From Pseudomonadota bacterium (GTDB taxonomy: Bacteria; Bdellovibrionota_G; JALEGL01; DATDPG01), in the NCBI GenBank assembly GCA_043809315.1, contig JAZDDX010000020.1, positions 32,001 to 96,000 of the forward strand: a stretch of DNA of 64,000 nucleotides. The letters run 5' to 3'. Made by a program: the position numbers and the translations under genes. This document shows, piece after piece, positions 39,638-49,528 of the stretch. How positions within the stretch are numbered: position 1 is the first letter of the stretch; each line of letters starts with the position of its first letter. The notes below the pieces were generated by a model. That model did not search any database and had not been told where the DNA came from. It worked only from the letters and a program-made list of their open reading frames with translations.

Positions 39638-40258
39638 ATGCCCAAACGCGCTCTCGTCGTCTTGAACGGCGAGCCTCCTTCGAAGCCGCTGCTCCGTCAC
39701 CTCTGCTCGGACGCGGACCTTGTTGTCGCCGCCGATGGAGGAGCGAACGTTCTTCATCGATACCGACTCTCCCCCGATGTCGTGATCGGCGACCTCGATT
39801 CGATCCGTCCGGTCACGCGAAAACGATTCGCGAGTGCCGCGTTTTTTCACGTCCCCGATCAGAACTCGACCGACTTCGAGAAAGCCCTCGAATTTCTGAA
39901 ACGGATTCAGATTCGTGACGTCGTCGTCGCCGGCGCGACCGGCCGCCGGATCGATTTCACTCTGGGAAACTTCGTTTCGCTCTGGAAATACCTGCCTCGA
40001 CTCCGGCCGACGCTGGTCGGCGACGGATGGGAAGGGATGCCGGTCGTGCGACGGCTCGATCTCTCCCCGCCGGTCGGAACAACCGTCAGCCTGATCCCGT
40101 TCTCCCGCTGTACCGGCGTCACGCTCCGCGGCTTCCGATACCCGCTTCGGGGCGCGACCTTGAGCTACGGGTCGCTCGCCGTTAGTAACATGAGCGAATC
40201 GAGACGCTGCTCCATCTCCCTCCGCTCCGGAAAACTCCTCGCGATCGTCCTCCGATGA
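39638..40258 (+). CDS. thiN: Thiamine diphosphokinase
   Basis: AADGGAN, IGDLDS, DQNSTDFEKAL, GATGRR.D, GFRYPL and VSN motifs. Confidence 0.93.
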   Translation: MPKRALVVLNGEPPSKPLLRHLCSDADLVVAADGGANVLHRYRLSPDVVIGDLDSIRPVTRKRFASAAFFHVPDQNSTDFEKALEFLKRIQIRDVVVAGATGRRIDFTLGNFVSLWKYLPRLRPTLVGDGWEGMPVVRRLDLSPPVGTTVSLIPFSRCTGVTLRGFRYPLRGATLSYGSLAVSNMSESRRCSISLRSGKLLAIVLR

Positions 40259-41631
40259 CGATCTCCCTGTCCTCCGCCGATCTCGCGATCATCGCGGGGT
40301 ATTTCGTCGCCGTTCTCGTCATCGGCTTCGTCTCGAGCCGCCGCCGCCCCGACGCGGTGGAATTTTTATTGGCCGGACGGTCGCTGACCCTCCCGATCTT
40401 CGTCATGACGCTCGTGTCGTCCTTCTATGGCGGAATCCTCGGCGTCGGCGAGTATTCGTACCTCTACGGGATCTCGAACTGGGTGACGCAGGGGATGCCG
40501 TACTACTTCTTCGCGGCCCTCTTCGCCTTCCTCCTGGCCGACCGCGTGCGGCGGACGAACCTCATGACGATCCCGGACAAGCTCGAGCAGTCGTACGACA
40601 AGAAGACCGCCGTCTTGGGATCGTTCCTGACGTTCATCCTGATGACCCCGGCCCCCTACATTCTGATGCTGGCGGTCCTGATGCAGCTGTTCACCGGATG
40701 GAGTCTCTCCTTCTGCCTCATCGCCGGGACCGTCGCGACCACCGCCTACCTCTTCACCGGAGGGTTCCGATCGGACGTGAACACGAACGTCTTGGAATTC
40801 ATCCTGATGTTCGGCGGTTTTTCTCTGATTCTGCCGTTCGCGCACGCGAAGTTCGGGGGACTCTCGTTTCTGACGAGCCACGTCCCGGCAGAGCACCTGA
40901 CCTGGACCGGCGGGAATTCGATCCAGTTCGTGATCGTCTGGTTCTTCATTGCGCTCTGGACGTTCGTCGACCCGAGCTTCCACCAACGCTGCTACGCCGC
41001 GCGCTCCGGCTCCGTCGCTCGTAACGGAATCCTGATCTCGATCCTCTTCTGGTTCGTTTTCGACGGCATGACCTCGATCGCAGGCCTTTACGCCCGCGCG
41101 GCGCTTCCGAACCTCAGGGAGCCGATGATGTCGTATCCGTTGCTCGCCGAGCTGACGCTTCCGTCGGTGGCAAAGGGGTTCTTCTATGTGGGGATGCTGG
41201 CGACGATCATGTCGACGCTCAACACGCAGGCGTTCCTGGCGGCGCAAACCCTGGGCCGGGACGTCTATTGGAGGATCCGGAAGAAGGACGAGAGGTGCGT
41301 GACTCGGTACACGCGCTGGGGTCTACTGATCACCGGCGTCCTCTCGATCTCGATCTCCTGGTGGATCCCTTCGGTCGTCCGGATCTGGTACACGATCGGA
41401 ACCGTCATCATCCCGGGCCTCCTCGTGCCGCTCGTGACGAGTTACTTCGATCCGCTCAAGATTCCGGCCTCCTACGCCTTCGCGACGATGCTCTCGGGAT
41501 GGTTGGTCTCCTTAGGATGGTTCCTCGCGCGACAGTTCTACCCTCTCCCGATCGAGCCGATGTATCCGGGATTGGCCGTTAGTTTATTGATCTGGTTCGT
41601 CGGTTGGCTGCGTCACCACCGGTTCCGGTGA
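40255..41631 (+). CDS. Sodium:solute symporter, probable thiamine(-precursor) transporter
   Basis: FLLAGR.L, GG.RS...T, QR.YAA and ATIMST motifs; many TMs; in a TPP riboswitch operon. Confidence 0.88.
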   Translation: MTISLSSADLAIIAGYFVAVLVIGFVSSRRRPDAVEFLLAGRSLTLPIFVMTLVSSFYGGILGVGEYSYLYGISNWVTQGMPYYFFAALFAFLLADRVRRTNLMTIPDKLEQSYDKKTAVLGSFLTFILMTPAPYILMLAVLMQLFTGWSLSFCLIAGTVATTAYLFTGGFRSDVNTNVLEFILMFGGFSLILPFAHAKFGGLSFLTSHVPAEHLTWTGGNSIQFVIVWFFIALWTFVDPSFHQRCYAARSGSVARNGILISILFWFVFDGMTSIAGLYARAALPNLREPMMSYPLLAELTLPSVAKGFFYVGMLATIMSTLNTQAFLAAQTLGRDVYWRIRKKDERCVTRYTRWGLLITGVLSISISWWIPSVVRIWYTIGTVIIPGLLVPLVTSYFDPLKIPASYAFATMLSGWLVSLGWFLARQFYPLPIEPMYPGLAVSLLIWFVGWLRHHRFR

Positions 41632-42122
41632 ACGCGGGTTGCGTCGTATCGATCGAGTCGCTGCGCCGGTTCGGCGGGATGACCGACCGCCACCAGCGCG
41701 AACGGAACGATCCCCTCCGGAACCCTGACCAGCTCCCGCATCTTCTGAATCCGTTCCGCCTTCGGATAGATCCCGAGCCAAACGGCGCCGAGCCCTTTCC
41801 CATGCGCCGCCAGGAGAAGGTTCTGAACGGCAGCGGAGCAGTCGAGAGGAAAATATCCCGGTCCCCGCTGCAGGTTTTCGTCCCCGCAAACAAGAATCGC
41901 CAGCGAAGCTTCGTGCAGCATCAGAGAGTATGGATGGAACTTGGGGACTTCTTCTAAAACCGACCGATCGTCGATCACCACGAAATGCCATGGCTGCTTG
42001 TTCCCTGCGGAGGGGGCGGTCATCGCAGCATGTAAGAGATCTTCGATGAAATTTTCGGGGACAATCCCCGGCCGATACTTGCGAATGCTTCGTCGAGTAA
42101 AGATTGCGTCAAACAGCTCCAT
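41613..42122 (-). CDS. Nitroreductase family protein
   Basis: RRSIRKY, APSAGNKQPWHF and QNLLLAAH..GLGAVW motifs. Confidence 0.93.
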   Translation of the reverse strand: MELFDAIFTRRSIRKYRPGIVPENFIEDLLHAAMTAPSAGNKQPWHFVVIDDRSVLEEVPKFHPYSLMLHEASLAILVCGDENLQRGPGYFPLDCSAAVQNLLLAAHGKGLGAVWLGIYPKAERIQKMRELVRVPEGIVPFALVAVGHPAEPAQRLDRYDATRVHRNRW

Positions 42123-42167
42123 GAACGGATCTTGGCAGGTCGAACGCCACCTGGCATCTTCTTCCGG

Positions 42168-43307
42168 ATGCCCCGCGCTTATCATTACGTCATCTGGTTG
42201 AGCGTCATCGCGGCGATCACAGCCGGGATGCACGTCTATATCCGCTGGCGACTCGTCGTCGCGACCGACATGGCCCGTCCGTGGCGATCCATTTTCACGA
42301 TCCTCTTGATCGTCCTCGCAGCCTCGTTCCCGCTTACATTCTTCGCCAACCGGGTCTTCCCGCCGTTTTGGCGCGAGATCGTTCTGGCGATCGGCTTCAC
42401 CTGGCTGGGAATCTCGTTTCTCCTCTTCGCGGGGCATCTCGCGGTTGAGCTTCCCCGCCTCTTCTTTGGGCCTGCCGGTTCTACGGTTTCGCGGTCGATC
42501 ACCTGGAGCACGACCGGAGCCGTTTTCATCCTCTCCGTTTTCAGTGTTTGGAACGCCATTCGCGAACCGGCGATGACTCATCTCCGAATCACGCTCCCGT
42601 ACCTTCCGAAGAGCCTCTCGGGGACGACGATCTTACAAATCAGCGACATTCATGCGGGAGGACTGATCCCGAAATACCGGATCCGAGAAATCCTCCGAAA
42701 TGCGAAAGAACTGAAACCGGATCTCGTCGCGATCACCGGAGATCTCGTGGATGGCAGCGCCGCCTACCATGCCGAAACCCTCTCCATGATCGGTGAACTC
42801 AAGGCGAAGTACGGCGTCTACTTCGTGACGGGGAACCACGAATACTACTCCGGGGTCGAGGAGTGGTTGTCGTTCTTGAAGAACCTCGGCGTCCGGGTTC
42901 TTCGAAACGAGCGGGTCGCCATCGGGACGAAAGAAGCGAGCTTCGACCTCGCCGGCGTTGACGACCCGACCGGCCGGATGGCGCCGGGGCACGGGACCGA
43001 CATCCCGAAAGCAATGCAGGGAAGAGATCCCGGCCGTGCCGTCGTTCTCCTGTCGCACAATCCGATCCAGGTTTTCGAAGCGGCGAAATACGACGTCGGG
43101 CTGGTTCTTTCCGGCCATACACACAACGGCCAGATCTGGCCGTTCAACTATCTCGTCAAGATTCATCACCCGCATATCACGGGGGTACATCACGTCGGGA
43201 ACACAGAACTCTACATCAGCCAGGGAACCGGTTTCTGGGGTCCCCCGATGAGGTTTCTAACTCGCGGCGAGATGACGCTAGTCGAGTTGGTTTCGCCAAC
43301 TATATAA
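42168..43307 (+). CDS. Membrane-anchored metallophosphoesterase
   Basis: N-terminal TMs; SDIH, GDLVD, GNHE, SHNP and SGHTH.GQ motifs. Confidence 0.93.
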   Translation: MPRAYHYVIWLSVIAAITAGMHVYIRWRLVVATDMARPWRSIFTILLIVLAASFPLTFFANRVFPPFWREIVLAIGFTWLGISFLLFAGHLAVELPRLFFGPAGSTVSRSITWSTTGAVFILSVFSVWNAIREPAMTHLRITLPYLPKSLSGTTILQISDIHAGGLIPKYRIREILRNAKELKPDLVAITGDLVDGSAAYHAETLSMIGELKAKYGVYFVTGNHEYYSGVEEWLSFLKNLGVRVLRNERVAIGTKEASFDLAGVDDPTGRMAPGHGTDIPKAMQGRDPGRAVVLLSHNPIQVFEAAKYDVGLVLSGHTHNGQIWPFNYLVKIHHPHITGVHHVGNTELYISQGTGFWGPPMRFLTRGEMTLVELVSPTI

Positions 43308-43340
43308 AAAACAAGGGCGGGGCCGTTTCCGACCCCGCCC
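43306..43340 (-). terminator. Rho-independent terminator after the RRM gene
   Basis: Minus strand GGGCGGGGTCG-GAAA-CGGCCCCGCCC followed by TTGTTTTT. Confidence 0.85.
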
Positions 43341-43364
43341 CGTCTTTAAGACTACTAGCGAAGA

Positions 43365-43715
43365 CTAGCGATTGTAACGATAGTCGCCGCGGTCGCTGCC
43401 GCCACGCCCACCGCGTTCGCCGCCCCGGCCACCGCCGAAGCCACCACGGCTTCCGCCGTCGCGGGTCTGCTCGCGAGCTTCATTCACAACGATCGCGCGC
43501 CCATTGACTTCTTTGCCGTTGAGCTCGTTGATCGCCGCCGTGGCATCCTGCTCGGACTCGAACTCCACGAAGCCGAAACCCCGGGAACGCCCGGTGTCAC
43601 GATCCGTGATGATCTGCGTGCGCGCAACTGTGCGCCCGTTGGCCCCGAACAGCTCCTGAAGCGTTGACTCCTGAGCGTCAAAGGAAAGATTACCTACATA
43701 CAGTCTCTTTTTCAC
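43365..43715 (-). CDS. RRM RNA-binding protein with RGG tail
   Basis: LYVGNL (RNP2) and RGFGFVEF (RNP1) motifs; Gly/Arg-rich tail. Confidence 0.96.
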   Translation of the reverse strand: MKKRLYVGNLSFDAQESTLQELFGANGRTVARTQIITDRDTGRSRGFGFVEFESEQDATAAINELNGKEVNGRAIVVNEAREQTRDGGSRGGFGGGRGGERGGRGGSDRGDYRYNR

Positions 43716-43893
43716 AAACTATCCCTATACCCCCGGTTTATTGGTTTTTGACTAGTTTCACTGTTTTGGGAGCGCGAAAAACGTAACGATCAACCGGGCA
43801 AAGAATCGATAGACGCGAACCAACAAAACATACTGACGCGGGGAACCTAGCCTATCCTGCCTCTCAAAGTAAAGGAGTATTTCGCAAACGCGT

Positions 43894-44844
43894 CTAAGAT
43901 ACCCGTAATACTATCTTTCCCCGCGTGTGAAGCGTTTCCAGGGCTGCGTGAGCTTTGGCCGCTTCCTCGAGACGATACTCCTGCAAGGCAGGGGATCGAA
44001 TCGCCCCCTTTTGGATCAGGTCCGCGATTTCTTTGAGTTGAGACCCATTCGGTCGGACGAAAGTATAGGTGCCGGTGACGCCGTACTTCTTGTCCAACTC
44101 CGGATCGAGCTGGGTGGCGATCGTGTTGATCCTTCCCCCCTTCTTGAGACAGGGGTAGCTCTTCGAAAATACGTCCCCCCCGACACAGTCGTACACCGCA
44201 TCGACACCGTCCGGGTAGATCTCCCGAAGGGGGGTGGCAAAGTCGCCTTTGGTGTAGTCGATCGCATGTTCCGCCCCGAGTTCCCTCACATACCCGTGGT
44301 TTTTCGAGCTTGCGGTGGTCACGACCTGGGCCCCGGCCCAGCGGGCGAACTGGATCGCGAAGCTCCCGACCCCCCCCGCCCCGGCATGGATCAGAATCGA
44401 TTCCCGTTTCTTCAGGTGAATCGCCTCGAATAGGGACTGCCATGCGGTCAACGCCGCCAAGGGAACCGCCGCCGCATCCCGGAAGCTCAGGTTCTTCGGC
44501 TTGCGGGCCGGAAAATCGTGTGGGACGGCTACATATTCCGCATACGTCCCCCACTGAATCGTCGGCTTCCGGCAGTACGAGTAGACTTCGTCCCCCTCCC
44601 GCCATTTGGTGACGTTCTTCCCGCACTTCGCGATCGTTCCCGCGGCGTCCCAACCCGGGATCAACGGAAACTCGCAGGGAAGACGCTTCGCCAGCATCCC
44701 GACACGGATCTTCCAGTCGACCGGGTTCACCCCGGCGTAGGCGACCTTGATCAGGACCTCGTCGTCCCCCGGGACCGGCGTCGGGACCTCTTTGAGTTTC
44801 AGGACATCCCCTTTTCCGAACTTGTCGATGGCAATCGCTCGCAT
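43894..44844 (-). CDS. NADP-dependent quinone oxidoreductase-like (MDR) protein
   Basis: GVNPVDWK, PGWDAAG, HAGAGGVG and GKIVL motifs. Confidence 0.92.
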   Translation of the reverse strand: MRAIAIDKFGKGDVLKLKEVPTPVPGDDEVLIKVAYAGVNPVDWKIRVGMLAKRLPCEFPLIPGWDAAGTIAKCGKNVTKWREGDEVYSYCRKPTIQWGTYAEYVAVPHDFPARKPKNLSFRDAAAVPLAALTAWQSLFEAIHLKKRESILIHAGAGGVGSFAIQFARWAGAQVVTTASSKNHGYVRELGAEHAIDYTKGDFATPLREIYPDGVDAVYDCVGGDVFSKSYPCLKKGGRINTIATQLDPELDKKYGVTGTYTFVRPNGSQLKEIADLIQKGAIRSPALQEYRLEEAAKAHAALETLHTRGKIVLRVS

Positions 44845-44898
44845 GGGGGAGGCGTTACCACAACTCAAACGGGAAAACCAAGGGGTGGCGAACGGCTG

Positions 44899-45837
44899 TC
44901 ACCCCTTTCGAGTTTGGATGATCTCGGCGGCGATGCTAACGGCGATCTCCCCCGGTGTCTGGCTTCCGATCGGAAGACCGATCGGCATCCGGACGCGATC
45001 GATCAACGCTCTCGGATATCCTTCGGAGAGCAGATTCTTCGAAACTTCGAAAACCTTCCGACGGCTCCCCATCAACCCAAGGTACCGGAACTTTTTCCGG
45101 ATCAGTTGCCGCAGGACCGTTTCGTCCGCCGCATGCCCCGGCGTCATGATCGCAACGTAGTGGCGATCCCCCGAAGGAATCTCTTTCCCGATCTTTCGAA
45201 ACGAAACGATCCGCTTCTCGTGCGCGCAGTCGTTTTCGATCAACGTTCCAACCGTCGGCCTCTCGTCGAGGACGACGACGTGAAACCCGAGTGTCGCCAT
45301 CACCTTGGAAAGCGCAAGCCCCACATGCCCGCCCCCCACGATGAAGATCTTTTCCGGAGCCGGAATCCGCTCTTCGTACGACCACTTCGTCCCGCGAGAG
45401 GTGAAGCGGCGACGTTCTTGACCCCCTCCCGATCGCCGGAACGAAATCCGATCGGCCGAGAGCCGGAGCGTTCCCCCCGTTCCGTTCTGCGCGCTTTTAG
45501 CAAGCGACTTCAAAGCCGTTCGGTCGGCGGCACGGATCGGACAGATCGCCATCGTCTGCTCGCCACCGCAGATCATCCCGGACTTCTGGTCACTCTCCAG
45601 GCGATGGACTTTGCGTCGGACCACGGACCGGGGCGTGCGGCTCCGAAGAAGAGCCCGCGCCTCCTCCACCAGATCATGCTCGACTTTTCCCCCGCCGATC
45701 GTCCCGAAAAGCGAACCGTCCGAGGAAACCGCCATCTTGAAGCCGGTCCGCCCCGGCGTCTCGCCACGCGCATCGACCACCGTCAGCAGCGCGACGCGCT
45801 TCCGGGGGAGGAGGAAGCTCCAGATCTCTTTCTTCAT
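44899..45837 (-). CDS. xdhC: XdhC-family molybdenum hydroxylase accessory protein
   Basis: GTIGGG, MICGG, GGGHVG, YLGLMGS and PIGL.I...TP.EIAVSI motifs. Confidence 0.92.
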   Translation of the reverse strand: MKKEIWSFLLPRKRVALLTVVDARGETPGRTGFKMAVSSDGSLFGTIGGGKVEHDLVEEARALLRSRTPRSVVRRKVHRLESDQKSGMICGGEQTMAICPIRAADRTALKSLAKSAQNGTGGTLRLSADRISFRRSGGGQERRRFTSRGTKWSYEERIPAPEKIFIVGGGHVGLALSKVMATLGFHVVVLDERPTVGTLIENDCAHEKRIVSFRKIGKEIPSGDRHYVAIMTPGHAADETVLRQLIRKKFRYLGLMGSRRKVFEVSKNLLSEGYPRALIDRVRMPIGLPIGSQTPGEIAVSIAAEIIQTRKG

Positions 45838-48086
45838 CGCCCGGTCGCCGTTAACGTCATGAGGATCCGCTCCGACGTGAGCGGCGCGTGAAAGAACGGT
45901 TCGAGACCGGGCCGGAACGCTCGCAGGGCGTTCAACGCCGCGAAATAGGTTCCGATCCCGTACATGAACGGCGGCTCCCCGATCGCCTTCGCCCCGACCA
46001 CGCCGACCGGAGCATGCGGCCCCTCGGCGAAGCGGAATTCGACGTCGGCTGGAGCGGCGTACAGATCGGGGACTTTGTACGTCGTCAGCGTGTCGGTCAC
46101 GATTTTCCCGGTCGGATCGTGCAGGATCTCCTCCATCGTCATCCACCCGATCCCTTGGATCAGCGCCCCTTCCGCCTGCCCCCGGTCGATCGTTCGATCG
46201 AGGCTCTTTCCCACGTCATGAATTGCCCGGACGGCATCGACCCGGAGCGTCCCGCGGAGACCGTCGATCGTCACCTCGGTCACCGCCGTGCCGGTCGCGT
46301 GGTAGGCGAACGGTTCCCCCTTCTCGGTTTTCTTATCGAAATGGATATCCGGGGTGACGTAATGGGCCTGCGCGGAAAGGCTGACCCTGCTTGCGTAGGC
46401 GGATCCGACCAGCTTTTTCCAGTCCCACTCCGTCTTGCGCCCGTTCGCACAGACCCAACCGTCGCGGACGAGCACATCGCCGGAACCGGTCACCTTCGCG
46501 GCGACCTCCTTCAGTCGCCCGAGAACCTGCAAACAGGCGAGGCGCGTGGCGTTCCCGTTCAGATCGGCGCTACTGCTCGCGGCGGTCGGGGAGGTGTTGG
46601 CGACCCGGGCGGTGCTGGTGCTCTCGATGCGGACCAGCTCCGGATCGATCGACAGCGTTTCCGCCGCGACGAGCTGGATCTTCGCATTGACCCCCTGCCC
46701 CATCTCGACCGCCCCGGTCGAAACGCCGACGCTCCCGTCGGCATAGACGTGAACCAAGGAACTCGCCTGATTCAGCATCGTGTTGGTAAAAGAGATCCCG
46801 AAGCAGACCGGCTGGAGCGCCAGCCCCTTCTTTTCCATCCGGTGGCTCGCGTTGAACTCCGCGATCCGCGCCCGCCAGGCCTCGATGTCGAACAGCCGCT
46901 CCGCCTCTTCGTAGCTCTTGAGAAGCGGCCGGCTCTGGAACCGCTGGCCGTACGGGAACGAATCCCCCTCCTTGAGGAGGTTCTTTTTCTGGATCACCGA
47001 GGGATCGACCTGGAGTTCCCGCGCCGCTTGAAAGATCGCGGACTCCAGGACAAACATCGCTTGAGGTCCTCCGAACCCCCGGAACGCCGTGTTCGGAGGA
47101 AGATTCGTCCGGCAGCTCGCGGCGGTGGCTTTGACGTTCGGGATGAAATAACTGTTCGTGCAATGGAACAGGGTCCGCTCCAGGATCGCGGTCGAGAGAT
47201 CGGCGGCGGCCCCGGCGTTCTGATAGAAGAATGGCTCGTACGCCACGATCGTTCCGTCCGCTTTAAGACCGATCCGGAAATCGGATGAGTACGGATGGCG
47301 TTTCCCGGTCCAGCGAACATCCTCGCTCCGGCGGAGAACCAATTTGACCGGCCGGTCGAGTTTCCGGGCCGCCAACGCAGCGAGAGCCGCCCAAGCGGTC
47401 GCCTGATCTTCTTTGCCTCCAAAGCCACCGCCGAGGCGTCGAACATCGACCTCCACTTTGTGCATCGGGAGGCCCATCACCTTCGAAACCGTTCGCTGAA
47501 CGGTGGTCGGTGACTGCGTAGCGGACAAGATCCGCAATCCGCCCCCCTCCACCGGAATCGCCATCGCACCCTGAGTTTCCAGGTAGATATGCTCCTGAGC
47601 CCCGGAATCGGCCCGGCCGGTGATCACGACGTCGCACGTGTCCCAAGCCTTCCCGATGTCGCCGAGCTCGAACGTTCTCTGCGGCGCGATCAACTCCCCC
47701 TTTGCATACGCCTCCCGCGGATCGAAAACGGCCGGGAGCGGATCGATCTTCATCTTGACGGTGCGGGCCGCTCTTCGGGCCACCGAATCCTCCCGGGCCA
47801 CGACCAGAGCCACCGGCTGCCCCACGTAATCGACGATGGCGTCGGCCAAGAGAGGTTCATCCTGGATGATTCCGCCGATCTGGTTTTCCCCCGGGATCTC
47901 TTTCGACGTGAAGACCGCCACGACGCCGTCGGCCTTTTTTGCGGCTGAGGTGTCGATCGAGCGAAGGTGTCCGTGCGCGACCGGCGAAGGGACGACCGCC
48001 GCATAGAGAAGACCGGATGGGAGCGGTTCGTCGTCGACGAAACGGGATTCGCCCCGAACGTGAAGGATGGTGTCGCGGTTCTTCAC
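45834..48086 (-). CDS. xdhB: Xanthine dehydrogenase molybdopterin-binding subunit
   Basis: QEH.YLE, GGGFGGKE, AFRGFGGPQ, EMGQG, TAAS and KAIGEPP motifs. Confidence 0.95.
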   Translation of the reverse strand: MKNRDTILHVRGESRFVDDEPLPSGLLYAAVVPSPVAHGHLRSIDTSAAKKADGVVAVFTSKEIPGENQIGGIIQDEPLLADAIVDYVGQPVALVVAREDSVARRAARTVKMKIDPLPAVFDPREAYAKGELIAPQRTFELGDIGKAWDTCDVVITGRADSGAQEHIYLETQGAMAIPVEGGGLRILSATQSPTTVQRTVSKVMGLPMHKVEVDVRRLGGGFGGKEDQATAWAALAALAARKLDRPVKLVLRRSEDVRWTGKRHPYSSDFRIGLKADGTIVAYEPFFYQNAGAAADLSTAILERTLFHCTNSYFIPNVKATAASCRTNLPPNTAFRGFGGPQAMFVLESAIFQAARELQVDPSVIQKKNLLKEGDSFPYGQRFQSRPLLKSYEEAERLFDIEAWRARIAEFNASHRMEKKGLALQPVCFGISFTNTMLNQASSLVHVYADGSVGVSTGAVEMGQGVNAKIQLVAAETLSIDPELVRIESTSTARVANTSPTAASSSADLNGNATRLACLQVLGRLKEVAAKVTGSGDVLVRDGWVCANGRKTEWDWKKLVGSAYASRVSLSAQAHYVTPDIHFDKKTEKGEPFAYHATGTAVTEVTIDGLRGTLRVDAVRAIHDVGKSLDRTIDRGQAEGALIQGIGWMTMEEILHDPTGKIVTDTLTTYKVPDLYAAPADVEFRFAEGPHAPVGVVGAKAIGEPPFMYGIGTYFAALNALRAFRPGLEPFFHAPLTSERILMTLTATGR

Positions 48087-49495
48087 GTCGTCAGTTCCTC
48101 GCCAAGCTCCGGCGCCAGTTTGAAGAAGTGGGCGGTCAGAAGTCTTCGCAACAAGGTCCGCTTGTAGTTCGCCGAGCCACGGACATCGCTGATCGGGGAG
48201 ATCTCCTTTTCAGCCTGATCCAGAGCCTTCCGGAACGCGGTCGCGGTCAGCCTCTCCCCGCACAGCGCCTCGGAGGCGGTTCGGAGATAGAGCGGGATCG
48301 GCGCCACCCCGCCGGCGGAGAGGTGGATCGAGTCGATCCTCCCCTCCCAGACGACGGCCGACATCGCCGAGTTGACGCTGGCGATGTCGAGGTTGGCGCG
48401 ACGGCAGACTTTTTCAAAACTGAACCGAGCCCCTTTCACCGACCTTTCAAACGAAACCTCTTTTACGATCTCGTCCGGCTTCTTCCTCAACTTTTTGTAT
48501 CCGACGTAGAGATCCCGGAGTTTCATCCGGCGCTGCGCCTTCCCCCGGATCAGCGTCAGGTCGGCATCGAGAGCGAGAAGAAGGATCGTCACGTCGGCGA
48601 TCGGCGATGCGTTCACGATGTTCCCCCCGACCGTCGCCCGGTTCCGGATCGGGCGCGACGCCATCCGCTGGAACCAGTTGGAGGATTCCGGAAAGATCTT
48701 GCGAAAGATCGGAGAATCTTCGAGATCGGCCCACGGCGTCCCTCCGCCGATCACGACACGGTTGCGGACGAGGCGGATCCCTTGGAGGTCTTTCCTGCGA
48801 CTCAGGAAATTCAGACGAGCGTTCAACAACGCCTCTGGTCGTTGAACGTAGACATCGGTACCGCCGCCGATTTGTTGGACACCACGGCCGGAGGATGCAC
48901 GAGCCGGCGCGGTTGGAAGCGAGCTTAGGCGCGTGGGGATTTTACTGATGTACTTAGGTATCAAGCCGGCGGAGATGAGAAGGCGGAGACGTTCGGGGGT
49001 CCCTGCTTTGGGAGGCGTTCCCAGCCCTTTGCAGATCTTCCCGACGGCCCGGCGGATCGAGACGTGACCGGTGCAGCGGCAGATGTTCCCGGCGACGGAG
49101 TCCAATCCCGACTCCGTGCTCCAATCGGGGGAGGAAAGGAGAAAACCGGCCAACGAAACGATGAAGCCGGGAGTACAGAACCCGCATTGGGTCGCCCCCT
49201 CCTCGACGAACGCCTGCTGGACCAGCGAGAGGGATTCGGAGTTCAACCCTTCGATCGTGACGACATGCCGATGTTCCACGTCCCCGAGAGGGAAAAGGCA
49301 GGAGTTGACGGCGCGATAGGAAATCCCCCCCTTGTCCGGCTCTCCGACGAGGACCATGCAGGCGCCGCAGTCCCCTTCTCGGCACCCCTCTTTCACACCG
49401 ACCAGCCGTTTCTCCTGGCGCAGAAAATCGAGCAGGACCATGCCTGGCGGGAGTTCGGTCGAGATCGTCTCGTCGTTTAGGAGAAACCGAATCAT
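48083..49495 (-). CDS. xdhA: Xanthine dehydrogenase 2Fe-2S/FAD subunit
   Basis: GCREGDCGAC, QCGFCTPG, NICRCTG, GGTD and IRNRATVGGNI..ASP motifs. Confidence 0.94.
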   Translation of the reverse strand: MIRFLLNDETISTELPPGMVLLDFLRQEKRLVGVKEGCREGDCGACMVLVGEPDKGGISYRAVNSCLFPLGDVEHRHVVTIEGLNSESLSLVQQAFVEEGATQCGFCTPGFIVSLAGFLLSSPDWSTESGLDSVAGNICRCTGHVSIRRAVGKICKGLGTPPKAGTPERLRLLISAGLIPKYISKIPTRLSSLPTAPARASSGRGVQQIGGGTDVYVQRPEALLNARLNFLSRRKDLQGIRLVRNRVVIGGGTPWADLEDSPIFRKIFPESSNWFQRMASRPIRNRATVGGNIVNASPIADVTILLLALDADLTLIRGKAQRRMKLRDLYVGYKKLRKKPDEIVKEVSFERSVKGARFSFEKVCRRANLDIASVNSAMSAVVWEGRIDSIHLSAGGVAPIPLYLRTASEALCGERLTATAFRKALDQAEKEISPISDVRGSANYKRTLLRRLLTAHFFKLAPELGEELTT

Positions 49496-49528
49496 TGAAT
49501 TTTTGCGCGGCAAAGGATAGTACGCGCC

